From contig CAVOVG010000016.1 of assembly GCA_963699795.1 (NCBI GenBank), positions 86,925 to 150,924 of the forward strand: DNA of 64,000 bases, written 5' to 3'. The stretch comes from an uncultured Thermoleophilia bacterium. GTDB lineage: Bacteria; Actinomycetota; Thermoleophilia; Gaiellales; Gaiellaceae. The notes beneath the pieces are model-generated. The model saw only the letters and a program-made list of their open reading frames with translations, searched no databases and was not told the origin of the DNA. Each line of letters starts with the position of its first letter. The stretch's first letter is position 1. This document shows positions 11,399 to 22,600 of the stretch, piece after piece. The translations under genes were made by a program, and so were the position numbers.

Positions 11399-11998
11399 TC
11401 AGGCGACGAGCGTGATCGCGCCGACACCGGCCTCGTGGCAGTCGCGACAGCGCGCTTCGTACGAATCGAGCGCACCCACGACGATCGTCTCACCGGAATA
11501 CGGTGCCGGACGTCCGTCGACCAGGCGCTGCGTCGTCGTGGCCGTTCCGCCGCAGCGATGGCAAACGGCCTGCAGCTTGTCGACGAACTCCGCGAAGGCG
11601 AGCAGGTCGGGCATGACGCCGAACGGCAGCCGTCGAAAATCCTGATCGAGACCGGAGACGATGACCCGGACGCCGCCGTCGGCGAGCGCGAGCGCGGCAT
11701 CGACGACGGCCCGGTCGAAGAACTGCACCTCGTCGATTCCGATCACATCGTGGCCGCCCGAGAGGTCGACGAGCTCGGCCACGCTGTCGACAGCGACCGC
11801 ACGCATCCGCGCGCCGGCGTGTGAGACGACATCGGTCACGTCGTACCGATCATCGATCCGCGGCTTGAAGATCACGACGCGCTGGCCCGCGATCTCGGCC
11901 CGTCGCACGCGACGAATCATCTCCTCGCTCTTGCCCGAGAACATCGGGCCGCAGATCACCTCGAGCCAGCCACCGCTCTGTGGGGGAATCCGGATCAC
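11399..11998 (-). CDS. tdk: Thymidine kinase
   Basis: GPMFSGKSEE, IDEVQFF, GLDQDF, Zn motifs CHRC and CRDC; start placed at the GTG just after a TAATCT -10. Confidence 0.95.
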   Translation of the reverse strand: MIRIPPQSGGWLEVICGPMFSGKSEEMIRRVRRAEIAGQRVVIFKPRIDDRYDVTDVVSHAGARMRAVAVDSVAELVDLSGGHDVIGIDEVQFFDRAVVDAALALADGGVRVIVSGLDQDFRRLPFGVMPDLLAFAEFVDKLQAVCHRCGGTATTTQRLVDGRPAPYSGETIVVGALDSYEARCRDCHEAGVGAITLVA

Positions 11999-12117
11999 GG
12001 TCGAGGAGATTACACAGCGGACCGGTCGGGATCGTCGTGGGGCGCCGATATCGCATGACCACACGCTTCCGCTCACGGGAACCGAGCCCTCGTCTCCGTA
12101 CCACTGCTACTCTCCAC

Positions 12118-12126
12118 TGCTAGAGT
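12118..12126 (+). promoter_or_regulatory. Extended -10 promoter (TGcTAGAGT) for tRNA-Met/rpmG
   Basis: TGn-TANNNT about 12 nt upstream of the tRNA. Confidence 0.5.
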
Positions 12127-12138
12127 TGGCGGCTGCTC

Positions 12139-12212
12139 GGCGGCGTAGCTCAGTTGGTTAGAGCAGCGGAATCATAATCCGCGTGTCGTAGGTTCGAGTC
12201 CTACCGCCGCTA
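12139..12212 (+). tRNA. tRNA-Met (CAT), probably elongator
   Basis: Acceptor GGCGGCG/CGCCGCT, anticodon arm GCGGA-atCATaa-TCCGC, T-loop GGTTCGAGTCC; CCA not encoded. Confidence 0.93.
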
Positions 12213-12248
12213 CCTCGCACGCCCTTTCCCACCACACGAGAAGAAGCC

Positions 12249-12410
12249 ATGGCAACCGGAGTCAGAGTCGCAATCACGCTCGCCTGCATCGACTGCAAGC
12301 GGCGGAACTATCAGACGGAGAAGTCCAAGCGGAACTCGCCCGATCGGGTCGAGTTCAAGAAGTACTGTCGCTGGTGCGGCTCCCACACGATCCACCGGGA
12401 GACCCGCTAG
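12249..12410 (+). CDS. rpmG: 50S ribosomal protein L33 (Zn-ribbon form)
   Basis: Hand translation [53 protein letters not shown] (below ORF-track cutoff). Confidence 0.95.
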   Translation: MATGVRVAITLACIDCKRRNYQTEKSKRNSPDRVEFKKYCRWCGSHTIHRETR

Positions 12411-12412
12411 CG

Positions 12413-12739
12413 GTGGCAGACGAGACCCGGAGACAGAGGCGCGACGCGCGTCGCGCTGCCGGCGACCAGGCTCCAAAGGAGTCGGTCGGCGCTCCGCAGC
12501 CGGCTGCGGCTGCCGGCGGAGGTGGAATCGTCTCACCCATCGAGCGCGAGCCACGGCGTCGGGGCGGCTTCGTTCGCGAGTCGTGGGCCGAACTGCACAA
12601 GGTCGACTGGCCAAACCGCGCTCAGGTGATTCAGGGCACGGTCGCCGTCATCATCGCCGTCGCCATCGTCGGCGCGTATCTGTGGGGGGTCGACCAGCTG
12701 GTTCGTCCCTTCGTCCGCGACGTCCTTCTCGGGCAGTGA
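12413..12739 (+). CDS. secE: Preprotein translocase SecE
   Basis: FVRESWAELHKVDWP plus a TM helix, directly before nusG. Confidence 0.92.
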   Translation: MADETRRQRRDARRAAGDQAPKESVGAPQPAAAAGGGGIVSPIEREPRRRGGFVRESWAELHKVDWPNRAQVIQGTVAVIIAVAIVGAYLWGVDQLVRPFVRDVLLGQ

Positions 12740-12746
12740 GGCCAAC

Positions 12747-13280
12747 ATGTTTCTCTGGTATGTGATCAACACGTATTCCGGGCACGAGAAAAAGGTCAAG
12801 ACGAACCTCGAGCACCGGATCGTTTCCCTCAATCAGACGCCTCGGTTCCGGCGCGTCGTGGTGCCGACCGAGCAGGTGATCGAGACGAAGGACGGCCAGA
12901 AGGTGCAGACCGAAAAGCGGGTTCTGCCCGGCTACGTTCTCGTCAACATGGACCTGAGCGACGAGGCATGGATCGTCGTCAAGGGAACGCCCGGCGTGAC
13001 GGGATTCGTCGGGGCAGGCGCGAAGCCGGTCCCGCTTTCCCAGGGCGAGGTCGACCGCATTCTCCATACGGCGGGTGCCGGTGGTGGCCCGGCGGCGAAG
13101 TCGCAGGCGCAGTTCGTTCTCGGCGAGTCGGTCAAGGTCACCTCGGGGCCGCTCTCGGACTTCGACGGAGAGATCGTCGACGTCAACCCCGACGCGCAGA
13201 AGCTCAAGGTTCTCGTCGACATCTTCGAGCGCCAGGTTCCGGTCGAGCTCGGGTTCGATCAGGTCAAGAAGATCGACTAG
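12747..13280 (+). CDS. nusG: Transcription termination/antitermination factor NusG
   Basis: WYVINTYSGHE, PGYVLV, KOW motif. Confidence 0.97.
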   Translation: MFLWYVINTYSGHEKKVKTNLEHRIVSLNQTPRFRRVVVPTEQVIETKDGQKVQTEKRVLPGYVLVNMDLSDEAWIVVKGTPGVTGFVGAGAKPVPLSQGEVDRILHTAGAGGGPAAKSQAQFVLGESVKVTSGPLSDFDGEIVDVNPDAQKLKVLVDIFERQVPVELGFDQVKKID

Positions 13281-13305
13281 GACGCACACTTCGTAATCGA
13301 CAAGA

Positions 13306-13335
13306 CGGGAGGAGGGGCGCGCAGCCCCGAACGCA
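13306..13335 (+). promoter_or_regulatory. Probable L1-binding leader of rplK-rplA
   Basis: GGGAGG-AGGGGC-gcgca-GCCCC-GAAC hairpin directly upstream of rplK, where L1 operators are known. Confidence 0.45.
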
Positions 13336-13344
13336 CTCACGCAT

Positions 13345-13770
13345 ATGGCAAAAAAAGTCCTCACACTGATCAAGCTTCAAATCCCGGGTGGCCAGGCCAA
13401 CCCGGCTCCGCCGGTTGGTCCCGCACTGGGCCAGCACGGCGTCAACATCGTCGAGTTCACCAAGGCGTTCAACGCACAGACCGCGCATGAGAACGGCCGC
13501 ATCATTCCGGTGGAGATCACGGTCTTCGAGGATCGCTCCTTCACGTTCATCACGAAGACGCCGCCGGCCGCCGTCCTGATCAAGGAAGTGCTCAACATCC
13601 AGTCGGGCTCGGGAGAGCCCAACATGGTGAAGGTCGGCAAGCTCACGCAAGACCAGCTCCGTTCGATCGCGGAGACGAAGATGCCGGATCTGAACGCGAA
13701 CGACATCGAGCAGGCGATGAAGGTGATCGCCGGAACCGCCCGGTCGATGGGTGTCGAGGTGGAGGCATGA
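13345..13770 (+). CDS. rplK: 50S ribosomal protein L11
   Basis: [15 protein letters not shown]. Confidence 0.98.
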   Translation: MAKKVLTLIKLQIPGGQANPAPPVGPALGQHGVNIVEFTKAFNAQTAHENGRIIPVEITVFEDRSFTFITKTPPAAVLIKEVLNIQSGSGEPNMVKVGKLTQDQLRSIAETKMPDLNANDIEQAMKVIAGTARSMGVEVEA

Positions 13771-14501
13771 GCGCCCATGGCAAGCGGTACAAGGCGGCGC
13801 GGGCGAAGATCGACCGCGAGCACCTCTATACGCCGATCGAGGCGATCAAGATCCTCAAGGAGATCGAGGGCGCCAAGTTCGACGAGACCGTCGAGGTCCA
13901 CTTCCTGCTCGGCCTGAACGTCCGCCACGCGGACGAGCAGCTGCGCGGAACCCTGATGCTGCCCCACGGCACGGGCCGCATCACGCGGGTCGCCGTGTTC
14001 GCCGAGGGTGATAAGGCACGGGAGGCCGAGGAGGCGGGCGCCGACGTCGTCGGCGCGGCGGACCTCGCCGCACGGATCGAGGGTGGCTTCGTCGATTTCG
14101 ACGTCGCCATAGCAACCCCCGATCAGATGGGCAACGTCGGCAAGCTCGGTCGGGTCCTCGGGCCCCGCGGCCTGATGCCGAACCCGAAGACCGGCACGGT
14201 CACCTTCGAGATCGGGAAAGCAGTCTCGGATGCGAAGGCGGGCAAGCTCGAGTACCGCACCGACCGCGGAGCGAACGTGCACGTCGCGATCGGCAAGAAG
14301 AGCTTCGAGGAGCGCGCGCTCGTCGAGAACTACGCCGCGCTCGTTGAGGAAATCGTTCGCGCGAAGCCCGCGTCCTCGAAGGGCCGATACATCAAGGGCA
14401 TCACGCTGACATCCACGATGGGCCCCGGCCTCCACATCGATCCGTCGCGAACCCGCGGGATCGTCGAAGAGCTCGAGGAGGCAGCAGCCCTGGCGGGGTG
14501 A
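13767..14501 (+). CDS. rplA: 50S ribosomal protein L1
   Basis: [15 protein letters not shown]. Confidence 0.98.
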   Translation: MSAHGKRYKAARAKIDREHLYTPIEAIKILKEIEGAKFDETVEVHFLLGLNVRHADEQLRGTLMLPHGTGRITRVAVFAEGDKAREAEEAGADVVGAADLAARIEGGFVDFDVAIATPDQMGNVGKLGRVLGPRGLMPNPKTGTVTFEIGKAVSDAKAGKLEYRTDRGANVHVAIGKKSFEERALVENYAALVEEIVRAKPASSKGRYIKGITLTSTMGPGLHIDPSRTRGIVEELEEAAALAG

Positions 14502-14540
14502 GGCACGCGCTTCATCCCTTGACGTTTTCCTGACATGCCC

Positions 14541-14670
14541 GTCGCCGAAGACAGCCGGCAGCCGCGCACACGCGCGTGGCAGAAGCCCGGCCGAGGTGGC
14601 CTCGCACGATTGACTGCAAACCGTCACTCGCTCGAGCCCGCCTCCGTGCGGGCTCGACGTGCGAGAGGAG
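14541..14670 (+). promoter_or_regulatory. L10 (rplJ) leader RNA
   Basis: GCCGAAGACAGCCGG...CCGGCCGAGGTGGC kink-turn-like pattern plus a downstream hairpin before the rplJ SD. Confidence 0.7.
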
Positions 14671-14677
14671 GTGAAAG

Positions 14678-15352
14678 ATGCAGAAAGCAGACAAAGAGAA
14701 GGTGATCGCCGAGTTGATCGAACGACTGCAGTCGTCCGATGCGCTACTCGTGGCCGACTATCGCGGCCTCACGAATAGTCAGCTCGCGAGCCTGCGGGTC
14801 GAGTTGCTGAACCACGGTGCCAAGCTGAGCGTCGTCAAGAACACGCTCACGCGGCGTGCGGCAGAGGCGGCCGGGGCGGATGCGCTGCTGGCTCTCCTCG
14901 AGGGCCCGACCGCAATCGCATTCGTAACCGCGGACGGAAACCCCGTGGCGGTCGCAAAGGCGCTCACCGACGCGGCCAAGGAGACAAAGATCCTCACGCT
15001 GCGCGGTGGTGTGCTGTCGGGCAATCCGATCAGCAGCTCCGACATCGAGAACCTTGCGAAGTTGCCGCCGCTCGATGTCCTCAAGGCCCAGCTCGTTGGC
15101 GTGATCGTTGCACCGCTGAGCCAGCTCGCTGCGGTGTTGAACGCGCCGCTTCAGAACCTGGTGGGCCTGATCGACGCCCGGATCACGCAGCTCGGTGGTG
15201 TCGATGCTGCCGGAGACGAAAGCCCGGTGGCGGAGACATCGGCAGAGGAAGCTGTCGTCGAGGAGCCGGTAGCGGAGGCCGTCGCCGACGAAGTCGCCGA
15301 CGCAGCCGTTGAACCGGCTGCCGAGGCCGAGACAGAAACCCCGGAGGCGTAG
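14678..15352 (+). CDS. rplJ: 50S ribosomal protein L10 with acidic C-terminal tail
   Basis: [20 protein letters not shown]. Confidence 0.97.
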   Translation: MQKADKEKVIAELIERLQSSDALLVADYRGLTNSQLASLRVELLNHGAKLSVVKNTLTRRAAEAAGADALLALLEGPTAIAFVTADGNPVAVAKALTDAAKETKILTLRGGVLSGNPISSSDIENLAKLPPLDVLKAQLVGVIVAPLSQLAAVLNAPLQNLVGLIDARITQLGGVDAAGDESPVAETSAEEAVVEEPVAEAVADEVADAAVEPAAEAETETPEA

Positions 15353-15374
15353 GGGCGAGGCGCATGCCTCGTCC
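15349..15374 (+). repeat. GTAG-type REP-like hairpin overlapping the rplJ stop
   Basis: GTAG-GGGCGAGGC-gcat-GCCTCGTCC; near-identical copy at 55505. Confidence 0.7.
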
Positions 15375-15416
15375 GCTTCCATCACAAACCACACACGTGA
15401 GAGGAAAGAACACGCA

Positions 15417-15800
15417 ATGGCTACGGATACGGCAAAGGTACTCGAGACGCTCGGCAAGATGACCGTGCTCGAGCTCGTCGAATTGAAGAACGCGATCGAG
15501 GAGGAGTGGGGCGTCACGGCTGCCGCTCCCGTTGCGGTCGCTGCTGCCGCGCCCGCTGGTGGCGGTGACGCCGGTGCTGCAGTGGAGAAGGACACGTTCG
15601 ACGTCGTTCTCACGTCGGTAGGAGACAAGAAGATCCAGGTGATCAAGGTCGTGCGCGCGATCACCGGCCTCGGTCTCAAGGAGGCCAAGGACGTCGTCGA
15701 CGGTGCCCCCGGCACGGTCAAGGAGGGCGTTGCCAAGGACGAGGCCGAGAAGCTCAAGGCCGAGCTCGAGGAAGCGGGCGCGGGCGTCGAGCTGAAGTAG
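15417..15800 (+). CDS. rplL: 50S ribosomal protein L7/L12
   Basis: [20 protein letters not shown]. Confidence 0.98.
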   Translation: MATDTAKVLETLGKMTVLELVELKNAIEEEWGVTAAAPVAVAAAAPAGGGDAGAAVEKDTFDVVLTSVGDKKIQVIKVVRAITGLGLKEAKDVVDGAPGTVKEGVAKDEAEKLKAELEEAGAGVELK

Positions 15801-15819
15801 AGGCGAGCTGAAGTAGAGG
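15788..15819 (+). repeat. Perfect 16-bp tandem duplication of the rplL 3' end
   Basis: CGAGCTGAAGTAGAGG twice. Confidence 0.85.
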
Positions 15820-15835
15820 AGTAGGAAGAGGAGAA

Positions 15836-15887
15836 ATGATCCGGGTCAGGTCCCGCATGTTCCAATGTACGACCTGACCCGGATCAT
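15836..15887. terminator. 17-bp inverted repeat (terminator or REP-like) between rplL and rpoB
   Basis: ATGATCCGGGTCAGGTC ... GACCTGACCCGGATCAT. Confidence 0.65.
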
Positions 15888-16042
15888 CTTCCGCTACTTC
15901 CGCTATACTCGCCGAGGACGTTCCGCCGACGCCGCCTCGAGGCGGTTGCGGCGGCGCATGCGCGTCCGCTATTGTCGTACGTTCCGCCCCGAGCTTTCTT
16001 GCTCCTCCGACCCTGCACGCAGTTAAGGGAGGCTGTCGCATC

Positions 16043-19000
16043 TTGAGCAGCACTACTGTTGCGCCGCGCGCGCGCACGAGCTTTTCACGTCTGAAGCATG
16101 TCCTTGACCTCCCCAACCTGATCGATATCCAGAAGACGTCGTTCGATTGGTTTCTGAACGAGGGGCTTCGCGAAACGATCGACGACATCTCGCCGATCGA
16201 GGACTACACCGGGACGCTTGCCGTCGAGTTCGGCGACTACGCCTTCGGCGAGCCCGCGAACACGATCAACGAGTGCCGCGAGAAGGACATGACCTACCAG
16301 GCTCCGTTGTCGATGACGGTCCGATTCGTCAATACCGAGACGGGTGAGATTCGCGAGCAGCGGGTCTTCATGGGTGACTTCCCGATGATGACCGAGGTCG
16401 GGACGTTCATCATCAACGGCACCGAGCGCGTCATCGTGACGCAGCTCGTCCGCTCGCCCGGCGCCTACCTGATGGAGCCGAAGGACGCGACCAAGCAGGT
16501 CTTCATCGCGAACCTGATGCCGTCGCGTGGTTCGTGGCTCGAGCTCGAGATCGACAAGAAGGGCATCGCCTATGCCCGCATCGATCGCAAGCGCAAGCTC
16601 CCGATCACGACGCTCCTGCGGGCCCTCCCGCTCGAGGATCCGACGACGGGCTTCCAGCTGGACACGAGCACGAACGAGAAGATCCTCGCGCTCTTCGACG
16701 GCTCCGTGTACATCCAGAACACGCTCGAGAAGGACACGACCACGCGTGAGGAAGAGGCGCTGATCGAGGTCTTCAAGAAGCAGCGCCCCGGCGAGCCGCC
16801 GACGCTGGACAACGCGCGCAACCTCTTGCGGGCGCTGTTCTTCGATCCCAAGCGCTACGACCTGACGAAGGTCGGTCGCTACAAGCTGAACCAGCGTCTC
16901 GGCGTTTCCGTGCCCGAGGGCACGCGCGTGCTCACGACGGAGGACATCCTCGCGCTCGTGCGCCGGCTCGTGTCGCTCCCGACGAACCTCGGTGTGCCGG
17001 AGGATTCGAAGGACTTCGCGGCGGACGCCGCGCAGATGAACCGCGATCCCATCCGTGGCGAGCTCGACGAGTACGAGCACTTCGGCAACCGTCGCCTCCG
17101 CACCACGGGCGAGCTGATCCAGGAGGCGTTCCGCGTCGGCCTGTATCGCATGGAGCGCGTCGTCCGCGAGCGGATGACGACGGAGGACGTCGACACGATC
17201 ACGCCGCAGACGATCATCAACATCCGCCCCGTCGTGGCGGCGTTGAAGGAGTTCTTCGGCTCATCGCAGCTCTCACAGTTCATGGACCAGACGAACACGT
17301 TGGCCGGCCTCACGCATCGTCGGCGCCTCAGCGCGCTCGGCGCCGGTGGGCTCACGCGCGAGCGCGCGCCGATCGAGGTTCGCGACGTGCACCCGACCCA
17401 CTACGGCCGGATGTGCCCGATCGAGACACCCGAGGGCCCGAACATCGGCCTCATCGGCTCGCTCGCCTCGATGGCGACGGTGTCCGAGTTCGGTTTCATC
17501 CAGACGCCGTACCGCATCGTCAAGGGTGGCAAGGTGACCGACGAGATCGTCTACCTCGACGCCGCCGAGGAGGCGCTCTTCACGATCGCTCAGGCATCGG
17601 AGCGGGTCGACGAGAAGACGGGCAAGTTCGTGCAGGAGCAGGTGCTCTGCCGCTCGCGCGAGGGCGAAGCCGTCATGGTCTCGCCGAAGGACGTCCAGTA
17701 CATGGACGTTTCGGCATCCCAGATCGTCTCCGTCGCAACTGCGCTGATCCCGTTTCTCGAGCACAACGACGCAAACCGCGCCCTGATGGGTGCAAACATG
17801 CAGCGGCAGGCAGTGCCGCTGATGATCGCCCAGGCGCCGCTCGTCGGCACCGGGGTCGAGTACCGCGCCGCGATCGACACCGGCGACGTCGTCCTGTCCC
17901 GGACCGATGGCTCCGTGATCGACGTCGACGCCGAGACGATCGTCATCGAGGGCAAGGGCACTCGTGAGGAGTACAACCTCACGAAGTTCATGCGCTCGAA
18001 CCAGGGCACGCTGATCCATCAGAAGCCGCTCGTCAAGCTCGGCGACAAGGTCGGGAAGGGCACCGTACTCGCTGACGGCTCGTCCACCGACGGTGGCGAA
18101 CTGGCACTCGGCGCGAACCTGCTCGTCGCGTTCATGCCGTTCGAGGGCTACAACTTCGAGGACGCGATCGTGCTGTCCGAGCGCCTCGTCAAGGACGACG
18201 TGCTCAGCTCGATTCACATCCACGAGTACGAGATCGACGCTCGCACGACCAAGCTCGGCGACGAGGAGCTCACGCGCGACATTCCGAACCGCTCGGAGGA
18301 GTCGCTCGCGAATCTCGACGAGCGTGGCGTCGTGCGGATCGGAGCCGAGGTCGGCTCCGGCGACCTGCTCGTCGGCAAGGTGACGCCGAAAGGCGAGACC
18401 GAGCTGACAGCGGAGGAGAAGCTGATCCGCGCCATCTTCAAGGAGAAGGCACGCGAGGTCCGCGACACCTCACTCAAGGTGCCGCACGGTGAGGGCGGCA
18501 AGGTGATGGGCGTCAAGACGTTCTCGCGCGACGCCGGTGACGATCTGCCGCCGGGTGTCAACGAGCTCGTGCGTGTCTTCGTTGCCAAGAAGCGCAAGAT
18601 CTCGGAGGGCGACAAGCTCGCCGGCCGCCACGGCAACAAGGGCGTCATCTCCAAGATCGTTCCCGAGGAGGACATGCCGTTCCTCGAGGACGGCCGCCCC
18701 GTCGACGTCGTGCTCAACCCGCTCGGCGTGCCAAGCCGCATGAACATCGGACAGATCCTCGAGACGCATCTCGGCTGGGCCGCTGCGCACGGAATGTTCG
18801 CCGAGTCGGACGAGCCGATCGGCGTCAACCCGCGCGCATCGATCAACGCGCCGAGGCCGCATCCGGTCGCGACGCCGGTCTTCGACGGTGCGACCGAGAC
18901 CGATGTCGACGACGCGCTCGTTCGTTGGGCCGAGACGACGGACTCGCCGATCAAGATGAATGTCGATCGCTCACGCCCCGCCGGAAGCATGGCATCTGGC

Positions 19001-19654
19001 AAGGTGCAGCTCTTCAACGGCAAGACCGGGGAGCCGTTCGAGCAGAAGGTCACGGTCGGCTACATGTACATCCTGAAGCTGCTTCATCTCGTCGACGACA
19101 AGATCCACGCTCGCTCGACCGGCCCCTACTCGCTCGTCACCCAGCAGCCTCTGGGCGGTAAGGCGCAGTTCGGCGGCCAGCGGTTCGGTGAGATGGAGGT
19201 CTGGGCGCTCGAGGCGTACGGTGCCGCATACACGCTGCAGGAGATGCTCACGATCAAGTCCGACGACACGATCGGCCGCGTCAAGGCGTACGAGGCGATC
19301 GTCAAGGGCGAGAACATCGCCGAGCCGTCGATTCCCGAGTCGTTCAAGGTGCTGCTGAAGGAGATGCAGTCCCTTGCCCTCGATGTTCATGTTCAGTCGG
19401 ATGACGGACGTGATGTCGAGGTCCGCGAGGAGGACGACGAGCTGCTCCGCGCGGCGGAGGAGCTCGGCATCGACCTTTCACCTGCCGCGGTTCGCGCTGC
19501 CGCCGGTGAGCTCTCGACCCAGGAGATCGAGGAGGGCGCTGCCGCCGCCGACGAGGGCGGAGACGTCGCCGTTGCCGCCGACGAGTCCCTGGATGGCGTC
19601 GAAGCCGACGCGGAGCTCGAGGTCGGCCTCGCCGACGCCGAGCTCGACGACTGA
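16043..19654 (+). CDS. rpoB: RNA polymerase beta subunit
   Basis: [30 protein letters not shown]. Confidence 0.99.
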   Translation: MSSTTVAPRARTSFSRLKHVLDLPNLIDIQKTSFDWFLNEGLRETIDDISPIEDYTGTLAVEFGDYAFGEPANTINECREKDMTYQAPLSMTVRFVNTETGEIREQRVFMGDFPMMTEVGTFIINGTERVIVTQLVRSPGAYLMEPKDATKQVFIANLMPSRGSWLELEIDKKGIAYARIDRKRKLPITTLLRALPLEDPTTGFQLDTSTNEKILALFDGSVYIQNTLEKDTTTREEEALIEVFKKQRPGEPPTLDNARNLLRALFFDPKRYDLTKVGRYKLNQRLGVSVPEGTRVLTTEDILALVRRLVSLPTNLGVPEDSKDFAADAAQMNRDPIRGELDEYEHFGNRRLRTTGELIQEAFRVGLYRMERVVRERMTTEDVDTITPQTIINIRPVVAALKEFFGSSQLSQFMDQTNTLAGLTHRRRLSALGAGGLTRERAPIEVRDVHPTHYGRMCPIETPEGPNIGLIGSLASMATVSEFGFIQTPYRIVKGGKVTDEIVYLDAAEEALFTIAQASERVDEKTGKFVQEQVLCRSREGEAVMVSPKDVQYMDVSASQIVSVATALIPFLEHNDANRALMGANMQRQAVPLMIAQAPLVGTGVEYRAAIDTGDVVLSRTDGSVIDVDAETIVIEGKGTREEYNLTKFMRSNQGTLIHQKPLVKLGDKVGKGTVLADGSSTDGGELALGANLLVAFMPFEGYNFEDAIVLSERLVKDDVLSSIHIHEYEIDARTTKLGDEELTRDIPNRSEESLANLDERGVVRIGAEVGSGDLLVGKVTPKGETELTAEEKLIRAIFKEKAREVRDTSLKVPHGEGGKVMGVKTFSRDAGDDLPPGVNELVRVFVAKKRKISEGDKLAGRHGNKGVISKIVPEEDMPFLEDGRPVDVVLNPLGVPSRMNIGQILETHLGWAAAHGMFAESDEPIGVNPRASINAPRPHPVATPVFDGATETDVDDALVRWAETTDSPIKMNVDRSRPAGSMASGKVQLFNGKTGEPFEQKVTVGYMYILKLLHLVDDKIHARSTGPYSLVTQQPLGGKAQFGGQRFGEMEVWALEAYGAAYTLQEMLTIKSDDTIGRVKAYEAIVKGENIAEPSIPESFKVLLKEMQSLALDVHVQSDDGRDVEVREEDDELLRAAEELGIDLSPAAVRAAAGELSTQEIEEGAAAADEGGDVAVAADESLDGVEADAELEVGLADAELDD

Positions 19655-19698
19655 CACCTGACGACCACTGAGTAAACGGAAAGAGGCGAAGCACACAC

Positions 19699-22600
19699 GT
19701 GATCGACATCAACGAATTCGACGCGATCCGCATCGGTCTGGCGTCGAGCAAGAAGATCCGCGACTGGTCGTCGGGCGAGGTCACCAAGCCGGAGACGATC
19801 AACTACCGCACACTCAAGCCCGAGCGTGACGGCCTCTTCTGCGAGCGCATTTTCGGCCCGACGAAGGACTGGGAGTGCTACTGCGGGAAGTACAAGCGCG
19901 TCCGTTACAAGGGCATCATCTGCGAGCGCTGCGGCGTCGAGGTAACGCGTCAGAAGGTGCGGCGTGAGCGCATGGGTCACATCGACCTTGCCGCGCCGGT
20001 CTCGCACATCTGGTTCTTCAAGGGTGTCCCGAGTCGGATCGGGTATCTCCTCGACATCGCGCCGCGCGAGCTCGAGAAGGTCCTCTACTTCGCCGCATCG
20101 ATCGTCACCGCCGTCGACAACGAGGCCCGCGCCAAGGATCTCGCCGACCTCGAGGACAAGGTGCGTGCCGAGTCCGAGCAGATCAACGTCGACCGCGACG
20201 AGCACGTGCTCGCCGTCGAGGATCGCCTTGCCCGGCGACGCGAGTACTTCGCCGCCGGCAAGGAGAAGAACTTCGACGAGGACGACGAGTTCTGGACCCG
20301 CGGCCTCAACAACTGGGCAGAGGATCAGATGCTCCCGACGCTCGAGGAGGCTCGGCAGCTGGCAGGGGGCATCTTTCCGAAGCTCGCGAAGTCGCTCACG
20401 ACCGAGGACGGCAAGAAGATCCGTGAGCTCGTTCGACAGACCGCGACGCGCGAGGATCGCAAGCTGACGCCGCGTGAGATCGAATCAGTCGTAACGGCCG
20501 CGCAGGAGATCGACGAGGCGCTCGATCCGCTCCGCGCGGAGCTCGAGTCCGCGACCGGGTCGAAGAAGGGCGCGATCACGAAGCACGTGAACAAGCTCGT
20601 CGACGCGCTGACGACCGGCACGGAGCTATCGGGTGAGGACGCCGAGATCGTTGCGAACGTCGACGCCAAGAATCTCGACAAGGCCCGCGAGGTCGGTAAC
20701 GGCCTCCTTACAGACCTCCTCCGTGAGGAGAGCGTCGGGCAGACGGTCGACGAGGTGCGCGAGCTCGCGTATGACCTCTGCCTGCTCCCCGGTGCCAAGA
20801 AGGACGATCTCGACATCGTCGCCCAGTGGGCGCTGAAGGTGCGCGAGATGGTCCAGGACATGGATTCCCGCCGCAACGATGCGCGTGAAGCGGCCGTCGA
20901 CGGTGTTCGTCGCCTCGAGGAGACGTGGAAGCTGTTCCGCGAGCTCGAGCCCAAGCTCGTCGTCAACGACGAGCAGTTGTTCCGGGAGCTGAAGGACCGC
21001 TTCGGTTCGCCGTATGGCTTCGGTCAGTACTTCCGCGGCGGCATGGGTGCCGAGGCGATCCGTGATCTCCTCCGAGACCTCGACCTTGCCGAGGAGTCGG
21101 TCACGCTCCGCGAGGTGATCAAGACCTCGAAGGGGCAGAAGCAGCAGCGCGGAATCAAGCGCTTGAAGGTCGTCGAAGCATTCATCAAATCCGAGAACAA
21201 GCCGGAGTGGATGATCCTCGAGGCCGTGCCCGTGATCCCGCCCGAGCTGCGGCCGATGGTCCAGCTCGACGGCGGCCGGTTCGCCACCTCCGACCTCAAC
21301 GATCTCTACCGGCGTGTGATCAACCGCAACAACCGGTTGAAGCGCCTGCTCGATCTCGGCGCGCCGGAGATCATCGTGAACAACGAGAAGCGCATGCTGC
21401 AGGAGGCCGTCGACGCGTTGTTCGACAACGGTCGCCGCGGTCGCGCTGTCACGGGTCCCGGCAACCGGCCACTGAAGTCGCTCTCCGACATGCTCAAGGG
21501 CAAGCAGGGCCGATTCCGGCAGAACCTGCTCGGGAAGCGCGTGGACTACTCGGGGCGGTCGGTCATCGTTGCCGGCCCGAACCTCAAGCTCCACCAGTGT
21601 GGTCTGCCGAAGCTGATGGCCCTCGAGCTCTTCAAGCCGTTCATCATGAGCAGGCTCGTCGAGCGCAAGGCCGTCCAGAACATCAAGGCCGCGAAGAAGC
21701 ACGTCGAATCGATGTCGCTGGACGTCTGGGACGTCCTCGAGGAGGTGATCGCCGAGCATCCGGTGCTCCTGAACCGCGCACCGACGCTCCACCGGCTGGG
21801 GATCCAGGCCTTCGAGCCAATCCTCATCGAGGGCAAGGCGATCCAGGTGCACCCGCTCGTCTGTCACGCCTTCAATGCCGACTTCGACGGTGATCAGATG
21901 GCCGTGCATCTGCCCCTCTCGGCAGAGGCCCAGGCCGAGGCCCGCATCCTCATGCTCTCGGCGAACAACATTCTCTCGCCCGCCCACGGTCGGCCGCTCG
22001 CAACGCCGACCCAGGACATGGTTCTCGGGGCGTACTACCTGACCTACTGCGATCACGAGCTGCCGGAGGCCACGACGGCGGAAGTCGCGAAGCTGCTCGG
22101 AGTCAAGGGCCTGAAGCGATTCCGCTCCGTGGAAGAGGTCGAGTTCGCGGTCGAGTCCCACCAGGTACACCTGCAGGAGCCGATCGAGTACCGCTGGCAC
22201 GACGAGATCCTCCTGACGACACCGGGCCGTGTGATCTTCAACGTCGAGATCGAGCGGTCACTCGAGGTCGCCGTACACTCGGAGGAGACCGTCAGGCACA
22301 CGTACATCAATCGCCCGCTCTCGAAGCGAGAGATCGACATCTTCATCGCGGAGCTCGTCGATCTCTACGGCGCTCATGCGGTCGCAACGGTGCTCGACAC
22401 GATCAAGTCGTTGGCGTTCCGCTATGCGACCAACGCCGGCATCACCGTGTCGAAGAACGACATCGTGATCCCGCCGAACAAGGAAGAGATCCTGGTCGGC
22501 TACGAGACCGAGGTCAAGAAGCTGGAAGGCGAGTACCAGCGCGGTCTCATGACCGAGGAGGAGCGGCACGAGCGGATCGTTGCGGTGTGGACCGAGGCGA

